NCBI GenBank assembly: GCA_017559855.1
Contig: JAFYQP010000005.1
Coordinates: forward strand, 1 to 54,311
Direction of reading: 5' to 3'
DNA from: Clostridia bacterium
GTDB lineage: Bacteria; Bacillota; Clostridia; Oscillospirales; JAAYXM01
Length of the DNA: 54,311 bases
The translations under genes and the position numbers were made by a program. Shown piece after piece: positions 36,431 through 45,913 of this stretch. Position 1 is the stretch's first letter, and each line of letters begins with the position of its first letter. The notes under the pieces were generated by a model. The model searched no databases, was not told the origin of the DNA, and saw only the letters and a list, made by a program, of their open reading frames with translations.

Positions 36431-38068
36431 TTGAAGGAAATCATATCAGCAAGTGATTTTAAACGAATTGTGCAATTCGCTTCAGCAGGAATTGACGCAA
36501 ATCGTCAACTTTTAAATGAAATGAACGTTTTCCCCGTGCCTGACGGTGACACCGGTGTCAATATGGCACTTACAATGAAGGCGGCGGCAACCGCGGTTTC
36601 TTCCCTTAATCCCGAAACCGTAAGTCAGGTTGCAGATGCAACCGCATCCGCACTTCTTCGTGGTGCACGCGGAAACTCAGGCGTTATTTTATCCCTTCTT
36701 TTCCGCGGCTTTGCAAAAGCGTGTGCAGGAAAGGAAACACTTGATGCCAAAACTTTCGCAGAGGCACTTGCCGGTGGCGTTTCAGCTGCATACCGTGCGG
36801 TTATGAAACCTGCAGAAGGTACGATTTTAACCGTATCACGCCGTGCGTCCGAGCAGGCGGTTGTCGTTGCGGAAACTACAAGTGACATTCTTGCACTTTT
36901 AGACGCAACTATTGCAGAGGCAAAGATTGCCCTTGACGAAACAATGGAATTAAACCCCGTTCTTAAAAAGGCAGGCGTTGTTGACGCCGGAGGTAAGGGT
37001 TGGGTAATCGTTTTAGAGGCAATGTCTGATGCCCTTTCCGGTAAAGAACTTGTAATCACCGAGACATCTGATGCTGTCGAGGGCGGTGCAAGTTTTGCCG
37101 ATGAAGATGTGGAAATCACCTTCACTTACTGTACCGAGTTTATCGTTACTTTAAGTGCGGCAGGCGAGAAGATGGAGGTTTCCAAACTCCGTGCACTTCT
37201 TGAGTCCATCGGTGACTGCGTTGTTGTGGTTGATGATGACGAGATTATCAAGGTACACGTACACACCAATAATCCCGACCGTGCACTGGGCGAGGCACTT
37301 AAATATGGTGACCTTATCAACATTAAAATCGAAAATATGCGTGAACAGCACACACAGAAGGTTGTTGCGGAGGAAGCACGTGCAAATGCGAGCAAGTCCG
37401 TAAAGCCGGAGAAAAAGTACGGCTTTGTAACCATCGGTGTAGGCGAGGGTATTAAGGGCGTGTTCAATGATTTAGGAGTTGACCAAATCGTTGAGGGCGG
37501 TCAGACAATGAACCCCTCCACTCAGGATATTTTAGCGGCAATTGATAAAACTCCTGCAGAGGTTGTTTTCGTACTGCCTAACAATAAGAATATTATTATG
37601 GCGGCACAACAGACAATTGACCTCTCCGACAAGCAGGTTGTTGTTATCGGCACAAAGTCCATTCCTCAGGGCGTTTCCGCTCTTCTCGCATTCAACCCGG
37701 ATGCAGAGGTTGAGGAAAACCGCGAGGCAATGACCGCGGCGGCAGAGAATGTCCGCTCCGGCTCCATTACCTACGCTGCACGTGATTCAGAGTTTGACGG
37801 TCACACTATCGCAAGTGGTGAATATCTTGCACTTTGCGAGAGTAAACTTTCCTCAAACGGTGCAGACCTTGAAGCGGTGGCAGATGAACTCTTTAACCAG
37901 ATGAAGGTTGAGGAAACCGGATTCATCACCATCTTCTACGGTGAGGGTGTTGAAGAGGCAGATGCTGCAATGGTTCAGGCGTTATGTCAGAAGAAAGCAC
38001 CTGATGCCGAGGTTATGTTACTCGACGGCGGCCAGCCGGTATACTACTATTTAATCTCCGCAGAATAG
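36431..38068 (+). CDS. fakA: DAK2-domain fatty acid kinase subunit A (YloV/FakA)
   Basis: NVFPVPDGDTGVNM, GARGNSGVILS, EGTILTV, VVDAGG, YCTEF, KVHVHT, GGQTMNPS, GGQPVYYY; TTG start after GGAGGTG. Confidence 0.9.
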   Translation: MKEIISASDFKRIVQFASAGIDANRQLLNEMNVFPVPDGDTGVNMALTMKAAATAVSSLNPETVSQVADATASALLRGARGNSGVILSLLFRGFAKACAGKETLDAKTFAEALAGGVSAAYRAVMKPAEGTILTVSRRASEQAVVVAETTSDILALLDATIAEAKIALDETMELNPVLKKAGVVDAGGKGWVIVLEAMSDALSGKELVITETSDAVEGGASFADEDVEITFTYCTEFIVTLSAAGEKMEVSKLRALLESIGDCVVVVDDDEIIKVHVHTNNPDRALGEALKYGDLINIKIENMREQHTQKVVAEEARANASKSVKPEKKYGFVTIGVGEGIKGVFNDLGVDQIVEGGQTMNPSTQDILAAIDKTPAEVVFVLPNNKNIIMAAQQTIDLSDKQVVVIGTKSIPQGVSALLAFNPDAEVEENREAMTAAAENVRSGSITYAARDSEFDGHTIASGEYLALCESKLSSNGADLEAVADELFNQMKVEETGFITIFYGEGVEEADAAMVQALCQKKAPDAEVMLLDGGQPVYYYLISAE

Positions 38069-38070
38069 AT

Positions 38071-38104
38071 AAAAAAAGCGATGCACAACGTGCATCGCTT
38101 TTAT
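38071..38104. terminator. Bidirectional terminator between fakA and the zinc-ribbon gene
   Basis: AAAAAAAGCGATGCAC-aac-GTGCATCGCTTTT. Confidence 0.85.
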
Positions 38105-38108
38105 TTGT

Positions 38109-38513
38109 TTATCTAAGTTTTTCTTTAATCTCGGTTACTTTATCAAATATATAGCCGATTGCATAGGTGGAAGTAGCGGAAAGAAAACTTGCAATAGGAC
38201 CTACGATAAGGTAAACGAAACCTGATGTTATGTAAGAGGAGTAGAGAGCATCGCTCTCGCGGCTGCTCATCCAAGGAGCATCTGAGTAATTGCCCGCTTC
38301 TACAAAACTTATGATAGCCATGATGACAGAAGCAATAATGCCACCGATAAAAACAACTTTTGCAAGAACTTTAAGGATTTTGCCGGAATTTGCAAAGAGG
38401 TTATCCAACTTACCGGAGGAATCGGTATTGGCTACGAATTCAACGTATGCACCACAAGAAGGACATTTAACTTCCGTATCTTTGCAATAGCAACCACATT
38501 TTGGACAATTCAT
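38109..38513 (-). CDS. Zinc-ribbon membrane protein, unknown function
   Basis: N-terminal CPKCG...CPSCG followed by two hydrophobic helices; RBS GGAGA; own promoter. Confidence 0.75.
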   Translation of the reverse strand: MNCPKCGCYCKDTEVKCPSCGAYVEFVANTDSSGKLDNLFANSGKILKVLAKVVFIGGIIASVIMAIISFVEAGNYSDAPWMSSRESDALYSSYITSGFVYLIVGPIASFLSATSTYAIGYIFDKVTEIKEKLR

Positions 38514-38527
38514 ATAATCATCTCCAT

Positions 38528-38565
38528 AATCTTATTATAGTACTGTTAGGCACTATAATAAGATT
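38528..38565. repeat. Perfect 14-bp inverted repeat (operator-like)
   Basis: AATCTTATTATAGT-actgttaggc-ACTATAATAAGATT. Confidence 0.85.
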
Positions 38566-38591
38566 GTACATAAAAACCGTGATATTGTCAA
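38563..38591 (-). promoter_or_regulatory. Sigma-A promoter of the zinc-ribbon gene
   Basis: TTGACA-17 nt-TACAAT on the minus strand. Confidence 0.7.
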
Positions 38592-38654
38592 TGAACGGGA
38601 AAGTACTATAGTGGTTCAGCGGATTATATTTTGGGACTATCAGATGAATAAGGT

Positions 38655-38683
38655 TTTACAACGGGAGAAAATGATAGTATAAT
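38655..38683 (+). promoter_or_regulatory. Putative sigma-A promoter of recG
   Basis: TTTACA-17 nt-TATAAT. Confidence 0.65.
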
Positions 38684-38704
38684 ATAGAAAAAGGAGGTGT
38701 TTTT

Positions 38705-40762
38705 ATGAATCGTGAACTAACCCGAAAAGTAAATACTCTCTTCGGCGTAGGGGAGGATCGTGCCAAAAAACTTGGAAAACTTGGCATTTTTACGATTTTT
38801 GACCTTATTTCATACTTCCCACGGGATTACGAGGACAGGACACGCATAAAAACAATCTCCGAATTAGTGCCGGATGAAATGGTATGCGTCGAGGGCATTG
38901 TTTCAAGTGTGCCGAAAAGGAAGGTTATTAGAAAAGGACTTGAGATTTCCACCGTGCGTGTTGTTGATGAAGGCGGCGGAATGGAGATGGTTTTCTTTAA
39001 CCAAAAGTATGCAACCGCAGGACTAAAATTAGGTGAGCGGTATGTGTTCTACGGTAAAACCGTGCTAAACGGGCATCGAATGGAAATGCACAGTCCGGAA
39101 TATGAGCGAAAGAGCGACAACGTAAAAACCGGAAGAATCGTACCCATATATCCGCTTACCGCAGGTATAACACGGAATATGATGGCGGCCTATATCAGAG
39201 GTGCATTGGGAAAAACGCTTGATCTGCTCATTGACCCAATACCTGAGGAATATCGATATGAATATAACCTTGCACATCAGGTGTTTTCGTATAGGAACAT
39301 ACATTATCCGGAAAACGGAACTCTTTTAGAAGCGGCAAGAAATAGAATGATTTTCGAGGAACTTCTTGTCTTTGCAATGGGTTTGGGACTTTTGAAAAAG
39401 AGACGTGCACCCATTGAGGGAATAAAAATGGAAAAAGTTTCCCTCTCGCCGTTTCTTGATAAACTTCCCTTTAAATTAACCGGTGCACAAAGCAGGGCGA
39501 TAGAAAATGGGATAGAGGATATGTGTAAGGGAATCCCAATGAACCGTCTGGTGCAGGGTGACGTAGGATCAGGTAAAACCATGGTTGCGGCAGCCCTTGC
39601 CTTTTTTGCCGCACAGAATAAATACCAGACCGCACTTATGGCACCTACGGAAATACTTGCAACCCAACATTTTGAAACCTTATCGCCAATTTTTGAAAGT
39701 CTTGGCTTAAAGTGTGAACTTCTAATCGGCAGTACTACCGCTGCAAATAAACGCAAAATCAAGGCAAGACTTGACAGTGGTGAGATTGACATTGCAATCG
39801 GTACCCATGCACTAATCAGTGACGATGTTACCTTCTCAAACCTCGGCCTTGTCATAACTGACGAGCAACACCGTTTCGGTGTAGGACAACGAGCAACCCT
39901 TATGTCGAAAGGCAAAAATCCTCATCTTCTGGTTATGTCTGCAACACCGATTCCCCGTACACTAGCACTTATTTTGTACGGCGATTTGGACGTGTCTATA
40001 ATTGATGAACTGCCGCCCGGCAGAAAAGAAGTTAAAACCGTTGCGATTAACGATGAAAAACGCAAAACTGCATACAGTTTCATGGCAGGGGAAATTCAAA
40101 AAGGCAGGCAGATTTATATCGTATGCCCACTTGTTGAGGAAAATGATGAACTTGAACTTAAATCCGCAAAACAGTATGCGGAAAAGTTAGGCAGAGAAGT
40201 TTTTCCTAACGTTAAAGTTGCATTTCTCCACGGCAAAATGAAAAGCCGTGAAAAAGAGGAAATTATGAGTGCATTTTCCGCAAATGAAATACAAATCCTT
40301 GTTTCCACAACGGTTATTGAAGTCGGCGTCAACGTGCCTAACGCAACGGTTATGGCGGTTGAAAATGCAGAGCGATTCGGACTTTCTCAATTGCATCAGT
40401 TAAGGGGACGTGTAGGACGTGGCTCGGAGCAATCCTACTGTATTTTATTCTCAAACCACACAGGAGAGGTAGCGAGGGCGAGAATGAAAGCCCTTTGTGC
40501 AACAAACGACGGTTTTAAAATATCTGAGGAGGACCTTAAACTCCGTGGCCCCGGCGATTTCTTCGGCACAAAGCAACATGGCGTTCCAAACTTAAGAATT
40601 GCAGACCTTGCACACGATTTAGTGACTTTACAGAAGGCACAAAAGGTGGCATTTGACATTCTCAAAAAGGACCCGACACTTGAAATGCCGGAGCATACGG
40701 AACTTGCAGACCGTGTAAAACTTCTCTTTAAGGAAGAAGAATACGGCGATATATTCAATTAA
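38705..40762 (+). CDS. recG: ATP-dependent DNA helicase RecG
   Basis: Wedge/OB domain, LVQGDVGSGKT, MAPTEILA, DEQHRFG, MSATPIPR, QLHQLRGRVGRG, DLKLRGPG. Confidence 0.97.
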   Translation: MNRELTRKVNTLFGVGEDRAKKLGKLGIFTIFDLISYFPRDYEDRTRIKTISELVPDEMVCVEGIVSSVPKRKVIRKGLEISTVRVVDEGGGMEMVFFNQKYATAGLKLGERYVFYGKTVLNGHRMEMHSPEYERKSDNVKTGRIVPIYPLTAGITRNMMAAYIRGALGKTLDLLIDPIPEEYRYEYNLAHQVFSYRNIHYPENGTLLEAARNRMIFEELLVFAMGLGLLKKRRAPIEGIKMEKVSLSPFLDKLPFKLTGAQSRAIENGIEDMCKGIPMNRLVQGDVGSGKTMVAAALAFFAAQNKYQTALMAPTEILATQHFETLSPIFESLGLKCELLIGSTTAANKRKIKARLDSGEIDIAIGTHALISDDVTFSNLGLVITDEQHRFGVGQRATLMSKGKNPHLLVMSATPIPRTLALILYGDLDVSIIDELPPGRKEVKTVAINDEKRKTAYSFMAGEIQKGRQIYIVCPLVEENDELELKSAKQYAEKLGREVFPNVKVAFLHGKMKSREKEEIMSAFSANEIQILVSTTVIEVGVNVPNATVMAVENAERFGLSQLHQLRGRVGRGSEQSYCILFSNHTGEVARARMKALCATNDGFKISEEDLKLRGPGDFFGTKQHGVPNLRIADLAHDLVTLQKAQKVAFDILKKDPTLEMPEHTELADRVKLLFKEEEYGDIFN

Positions 40763-40791
40763 AAAAGAGGTGTCGCAAGACACCTCTTTTT
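40761..40791. terminator. Bidirectional terminator recG/cysE
   Basis: AAAAAAGAGGTGTC-gcaa-GACACCTCTTTTT. Confidence 0.88.
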
Positions 40792-40792
40792 A

Positions 40793-41437
40793 TTATTCGT
40801 TTCCTTCAAGTTCTTTTATGCGTTTTTCCATACGTTCCATCTGGACACGCATTGCACAAAGTTCCTGTGCAATCGGGTCGGGAATGTGAATTTGGTCAAG
40901 GTCGCTGCAATCGGTTTTAACACCGCCACGACGCACCACTCGTGCAGGAACACCAACCGCGGTACAGTTCGCTTCAACCGCCTCTAAAACTACCGCATTT
41001 GCGGCAATTTTTGCATTGTCACCAACTTTAAACGGACCTAAAACTCTTGCACCGGAGCCTACCATTACGTTGTTGCCTAAAGTCGGATGGCGTTTGCCGG
41101 TATCTTTACCCGTACCGCCTAACGTAACACCCTGATAAATGGTGCAGTTATCTCCGATTTCCGTCGTTTCACCGATTACAACGCCGCTTCCGTGGTCAAT
41201 AAAAAGTCCTCTGCCGATTTTTGCACCCGGATGGATCTCGACACCCGTGAAAAATCGGTTGAGTTGTGATACCCAACGTGCAATGAAAAGCATCTTATGG
41301 CGATAGAAAAAATGTGCAATTCTATGGCCGATAAGGGCGTGAAAACCTGAATATAGAAGAAAAATCTCAATAGATGAACGTGCCGCAGGATCACGCTCTT
41401 TTATTGCGGAGAGGTCTGCCCGTAAATTTTTAAACAT
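40793..41437 (-). CDS. cysE: Serine O-acetyltransferase
   Basis: RDPAARS, TGVEIHPGA, FIDHG, QGVTLGGTG, RHPTLG hexapeptide repeats, VGVPAR. Confidence 0.95.
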   Translation of the reverse strand: MFKNLRADLSAIKERDPAARSSIEIFLLYSGFHALIGHRIAHFFYRHKMLFIARWVSQLNRFFTGVEIHPGAKIGRGLFIDHGSGVVIGETTEIGDNCTIYQGVTLGGTGKDTGKRHPTLGNNVMVGSGARVLGPFKVGDNAKIAANAVVLEAVEANCTAVGVPARVVRRGGVKTDCSDLDQIHIPDPIAQELCAMRVQMERMEKRIKELEGNE

Positions 41438-41441
41438 AACC

Positions 41442-42476
41442 TTACCTCGCTTTCATAATTCCGCCGCCCAAAAGTCTCCCATCCTTATAAAGGACAACCG
41501 ACTGTCCGGGGGAGGCGGCTCTCTGCATAGTATCAAAGGTAACTGTCATCTCATCGCCCTGAATTTCTACCCTGGCGGGAGAGGCTTTACCATTATATCT
41601 TATTTTTGCGTCACAGTAAAATGTTCCGTCGATTTTTTTATCGGTCAGGAAAGTAAGGGTGTCTGCGTAGACCACGTCGGTATTCTGTACCCCTTCAAGA
41701 CCTAAAATAACCGCATTGTTTTCAGTGTCAAGTTTCGCAACGTAAATACGCTCACCGTATGCAACGTTAAGGCCTCGTCTTTGCCCTACCGTGTAGTGGA
41801 TAAGTCCCTTGTGTGTGCCTAAAATTTCACCATTCGGACCAATGAAATTTCCCGGCTTACTCTTACCGATTGCACGTTCAATGTATCCGCCGTAATCGTT
41901 GTCGGGAATAAAGCATATTTCCTGACTGTCCTTCTTATTTGCAACGTCAAGTCCAAGACTCTCCGCTATTTTCCGCACCTCGTCCTTTGAAAGAGAGCCC
42001 AACGGGAAGCGGGCACGTTTAAGTTGAGTTTGCGTAAGACGGTAGAGGGCATAGGTCTGGTCCTTTTCGCCATATTCTGCGGGGTAGAGGTAAAATTCCT
42101 CGCTCTCTTCGTCATAACCACGGCTAACGTAATGTCCGGTGGCTATAAAGTCGCAACCATATTTGTCTGCAAGGTCTGACATTACGCCGAATTTTATATA
42201 GTAATTACACCATATGCATGGGTTGGGAGTACGTGCATTTCTGTACTCATCAATAAAGTTTTCGATAACGTATCGTTTAAATATATCGGATTTATCCTCT
42301 ATGTAGTGAGGAATGCCCAATTTATCACATACCGCTTTTGCATCTTTTACCGCATCGGAACAGTCGCCATGTAAGGCGAGGGTAACACCGATAACCTCAA
42401 ATTCATCTTTTAAAAGGAATGCGGCAACGCTGCTGTCCACGCCGCCACTCATGCCGACAAGAATTTTCTTTTTCAT
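41442..42476 (-). CDS. mnmA: tRNA 2-thiouridine(34) synthase MnmA
   Basis: GMSGGVDSSVAA PP-loop, TPNPCIWCN, IATGHY, KDQTY, DSQEICF, YTVGQRRGL, PGQSVV. Confidence 0.95.
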   Translation of the reverse strand: MKKKILVGMSGGVDSSVAAFLLKDEFEVIGVTLALHGDCSDAVKDAKAVCDKLGIPHYIEDKSDIFKRYVIENFIDEYRNARTPNPCIWCNYYIKFGVMSDLADKYGCDFIATGHYVSRGYDEESEEFYLYPAEYGEKDQTYALYRLTQTQLKRARFPLGSLSKDEVRKIAESLGLDVANKKDSQEICFIPDNDYGGYIERAIGKSKPGNFIGPNGEILGTHKGLIHYTVGQRRGLNVAYGERIYVAKLDTENNAVILGLEGVQNTDVVYADTLTFLTDKKIDGTFYCDAKIRYNGKASPARVEIQGDEMTVTFDTMQRAASPGQSVVLYKDGRLLGGGIMKAR

Positions 42477-42517
42477 TGCCCTCACCTCATTTCCATAAAA
42501 TAATACACGAAATAGTT

Positions 42518-43582
42518 CTATAATGCAATATGGTGCGGACTTTGCGTAAGTACCTCAAAGCCGTCTTCGGTCACAAGTACCGTGTCTTCTATTCGTACAC
42601 CGCCTAGATTGGGGACGTAGAGGCCCGGCTCCACGGTTACCACCATACCAGGTTTAAGAATTTCATCACTTAAGCGGGAAAGGGTTGGTGCTTCGTGAAT
42701 TTCAAGACCTACACCGTGTCCCAGACTGTGGCAAATATATTGGGAAAGATTTAATTTTTCAAACTCTGCCCTTTGATATGCGTCGATTTCCTTTGCAGAG
42801 ACACCGGGGCGGATTTTTCTTACACAAGCCGCTTGAACGTCCTTTACCGCAAAATATATTTTCTTTAAGTCGTCACTCGGCTCACCCAACCAAAGGGTGC
42901 GTGTAATATCCGACATATATCCGTTTACACAAGCACCGAAATCAAGAGTGATTAAATCACCGTTTTTGATTTTCTTGTCTGTTGGGGATGCGTGGGGCAT
43001 GGACGAGCGTACGCCCGATGCAACTATTGTATCGAATGCACATTTTTCGCTGCCGAGTTTTGCCATATTATACTCTAAAAGAGCGGCAATCTCCCGCTCG
43101 GTCATCCCTTCCTTGATTTGCGGGATTAGCAAATGGAGGGCATCGTCTGCCACCGCAACCGCTTTTCGGATATGTTCAATTTCAGAGGGATCTTTTACAC
43201 TTCGATTGGCAAGTGCGAAATTGGGAATCGGGTGCCATTTTACATCCGGAAGTGCCTCTTTAAATTTACCCAATGTGTAGTCAGACATTTTCATCGTCTC
43301 ATAGCCTATGCTTTTTCCACAGGCAGTGGATAAAACCTCGGCAACAAGAGAGGTCAAAGTTCCTTGCTTTGAAATGATTTCAAAGTCGGGGGATTGAAGT
43401 TTTGCCTGCTCGGTGTATCTGCCGTCGGTAATTAAAATCGCATCACGGTCGGTTATGATAAGCGTGCAGTTACTGCCGGTAAAGCCTGAAAAATAGCGAT
43501 AATTTTCATATGAAGTAATGATCATGGCAAAAAGATTCTGTTCTTTTAAACTATCTCGAAGTACATTTAAGCGAGGGTTCAT
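42518..43582 (-). CDS. Xaa-Pro aminopeptidase (M24B)
   Basis: Creatinase-like N domain, SMPHA, LDFG, SDITRT, HSLGHGVGLEIHE, TVEPG, GVRIED. Confidence 0.92.
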   Translation of the reverse strand: MNPRLNVLRDSLKEQNLFAMIITSYENYRYFSGFTGSNCTLIITDRDAILITDGRYTEQAKLQSPDFEIISKQGTLTSLVAEVLSTACGKSIGYETMKMSDYTLGKFKEALPDVKWHPIPNFALANRSVKDPSEIEHIRKAVAVADDALHLLIPQIKEGMTEREIAALLEYNMAKLGSEKCAFDTIVASGVRSSMPHASPTDKKIKNGDLITLDFGACVNGYMSDITRTLWLGEPSDDLKKIYFAVKDVQAACVRKIRPGVSAKEIDAYQRAEFEKLNLSQYICHSLGHGVGLEIHEAPTLSRLSDEILKPGMVVTVEPGLYVPNLGGVRIEDTVLVTEDGFEVLTQSPHHIAL

Positions 43583-45844
43583 TTAAACCTCTCCTTTGAT
43601 ATAAGTATTTACTCGGTCTAAAAATACCGCACTTTCCGCACGGGTGGCATTGCCTGTGGGATTTACTCGATTTTCGTTATCACCCGCAACAAGGTCTAGG
43701 GATACAAGGGTGGAAAGTGCAGGTTTTGCGTATTCCGCAATATTATCCTTATCGGTGAATACGTCAAGGACGGTTAAGTCGTTTTCTGTTGCAATTTCAA
43801 GGGTACGCCAGGTAAGTGTAAACATTTCCTGACGGGTAATGCATCTGTCGGGATCAAAGGTGGTGGGGCTTGTACCCTGTGTAATGCCAAGGCGTTTTGC
43901 CGTTGCGAGTTCGTAGTAATAATAAGAGCCTTCGGGTACGTCCGCAAACTGATCCTCTGCCTCGGTGTCAATTTCAACACCCATAAGGCGGAGGAGCATG
44001 AGCATAAAATCTGCTCTTTTAATCTCATTTTGCGGTGCAAACTCTGTATCCGATACGCCTTTTACAATTCCTGCGTCGTAAAGACGGTAAAGAGCATCTT
44101 TTGCCCAAACGTGGCCGCTCATATCTTTAAAAGTTTCAAAATCTTCAGGTGTAGGACCGTCAAGGGTAACCGCAATTTCCTTTACCGTATCGCCAAAGGA
44201 TACAAAGATTTTTCCCTCGTTTTTAAACTTTGCCGCCTTAAATTTACCGGGCGCGATAAACTCACCAATGTCACCCTCTACCTCCCAGGTGAGAAGTTCG
44301 TTTGTGAAGGGAACGGAGGTGCTCTCGTGAATCAGCGTCACGGGAATATCTATGGTTTCTTCGGATTCTACGGTGATGTGATCGCTACATGAAATAGAAT
44401 CCACGCGGTCCAGCACCGTACAGTAGGTGTTGGCACTTAATCCCGCAATGTGTGCACTTACGATGGTAGTGCCCGGTGCGTAAGGTATAAAGGTGCCGTC
44501 AGGTGATATTTCGCCGATTTCTTCATTTACCGCCCAAAGGGGGTTTTCCTCAAATTCGTAGGCGAGATAATTTTCGTCAATTGCACCGGCGATACTGAAT
44601 TTATGCGTGCTTCCCAACAGGATTTTAGCGGGAGATTGGGCGAGAAGCAGGGTTTTTGGCGTGGAAAGAGGAGCGGTGTTTAAAAGAATAACCGAATTTG
44701 CCACGGCACGAGCACTACTTGCCGAACGATTTATCATTTTCACGTTATTTGAGCCGAGATAACGCATTGCGAAAGTGGTAGAGCCGCCGCCGTCTAAATT
44801 AACCGCGTCAACACAGCCTAAATCCTGCATTATCTTTGCCGCATGCTTCTGTGTTGCACCAACCGAGAAATTCGACATTTTACCGTCGATTGTGTAGAAA
44901 ACAACGTTGCCGTCCGGCTTAATACCAATTACCGTACGCGCTGTACGTTCGGTATTAGGGGTGTCGTAAATTTCGCCATCTTTTAAGAGAAGGTGGCTAC
45001 CTGCAACCGCAAAGGAAACGTCACTCCAGAATTCGTTAAACTCTATTTGCACGTAAATTTCCTTGCCCTCGTAAAGGGTGTTAAGGACGTCTTTGTACGC
45101 ACCTTTTGCGGAAAGGACGAATTTATCTTCGGGAATAGGAGTGTTTCCGCTATCGGGAATAATCTCCTCAACAACAAAAGAGAGTGTCTCGCCGTGTTTT
45201 AATTCACCGCTTATAAGAGAAAGAACAACCTCGGTGCAGTCCTTGGTTGTGCGGGTGGAGTTGTCAAAAAGACGGTTGAAGAGGATTATGCTGTCCTCTG
45301 CATTGCCGTGACGACCGTTTATAGCACTAAGTTGAGTTTTATATTCGTCGATAATGAGCGTTCTGTTCATAATCGTGCCGTGACTCTGACAGAAGGGCGT
45401 GCCGTCTTTCTTTAAGCCAAAAGCCACGGAATATTGAGGCGGAGTGCTTAGAATCTCGCCGCCGTCCATAAAAATACCGAAAGGAACACCCACGCCGAAA
45501 TCAAAGAAGTCCGCATTTATTGCCGCTACTACCTGACCTTCGTTCTTTTTGTTAAAGGCGTTTGCCTGACTTGCAACCGTTTGAGTTCCGTAGATTTCTC
45601 CGTTACTTAGTCCGGCACGAAGAGTCATATACTCATTCTTGGGGTTAAATTCGATGGCATTTATGCTTTGCGGACCGATTGGCGAGGAAACCGACAGTTT
45701 ACTGTATACGGTTTCCGGTGCAATAAGTTGCTCCGCTTTTGATATTATTTCTCCCCAGGACCAGTTGCTTGTATCAAGTGCCATAGCGTTAAAAACAAAA
45801 AGAAAAGCAAGTGAGAGGGAGATAAAATTTCTAAACAGTTTCAT
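43583..45844 (-). CDS. Secreted phosphodiester glycosidase (NAGPA-like) protein with C-terminal SLH domains
   Basis: Signal peptide, AAINADFF, ARTVIG, IDG, NLDGGGST motifs; Ig-like middle; three SLH repeats (FKDM..HVWA, IKRADF, ITRQE, ATRAE). Confidence 0.85.
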   Translation of the reverse strand: MKLFRNFISLSLAFLFVFNAMALDTSNWSWGEIISKAEQLIAPETVYSKLSVSSPIGPQSINAIEFNPKNEYMTLRAGLSNGEIYGTQTVASQANAFNKKNEGQVVAAINADFFDFGVGVPFGIFMDGGEILSTPPQYSVAFGLKKDGTPFCQSHGTIMNRTLIIDEYKTQLSAINGRHGNAEDSIILFNRLFDNSTRTTKDCTEVVLSLISGELKHGETLSFVVEEIIPDSGNTPIPEDKFVLSAKGAYKDVLNTLYEGKEIYVQIEFNEFWSDVSFAVAGSHLLLKDGEIYDTPNTERTARTVIGIKPDGNVVFYTIDGKMSNFSVGATQKHAAKIMQDLGCVDAVNLDGGGSTTFAMRYLGSNNVKMINRSASSARAVANSVILLNTAPLSTPKTLLLAQSPAKILLGSTHKFSIAGAIDENYLAYEFEENPLWAVNEEIGEISPDGTFIPYAPGTTIVSAHIAGLSANTYCTVLDRVDSISCSDHITVESEETIDIPVTLIHESTSVPFTNELLTWEVEGDIGEFIAPGKFKAAKFKNEGKIFVSFGDTVKEIAVTLDGPTPEDFETFKDMSGHVWAKDALYRLYDAGIVKGVSDTEFAPQNEIKRADFMLMLLRLMGVEIDTEAEDQFADVPEGSYYYYELATAKRLGITQGTSPTTFDPDRCITRQEMFTLTWRTLEIATENDLTVLDVFTDKDNIAEYAKPALSTLVSLDLVAGDNENRVNPTGNATRAESAVFLDRVNTYIKGEV

Positions 45845-45876
45845 TTTAATTCCTTTCCTTATTATCCCATATTGAG

Positions 45877-45905
45877 ACTGCCACGAGGAGTGCCCTCGTG
45901 GCAGT
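45877..45905. terminator. Hairpin after secA lacking a U-tract
   Basis: ACTGCCACGAGG-agtgc-CCTCGTGGCAGT, 12-bp stem. Confidence 0.55.
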
Positions 45906-45913
45906 ATACTTCT

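Noticed and set aside
39304-39915. 203-aa antisense ORF in recG, and similar antisense ORFs in fakA, metH, thrS, citrate synthase and secA
   Set aside because: Fully nested opposite well-conserved genes; typical stop-poor antisense frames with no domain signatures.
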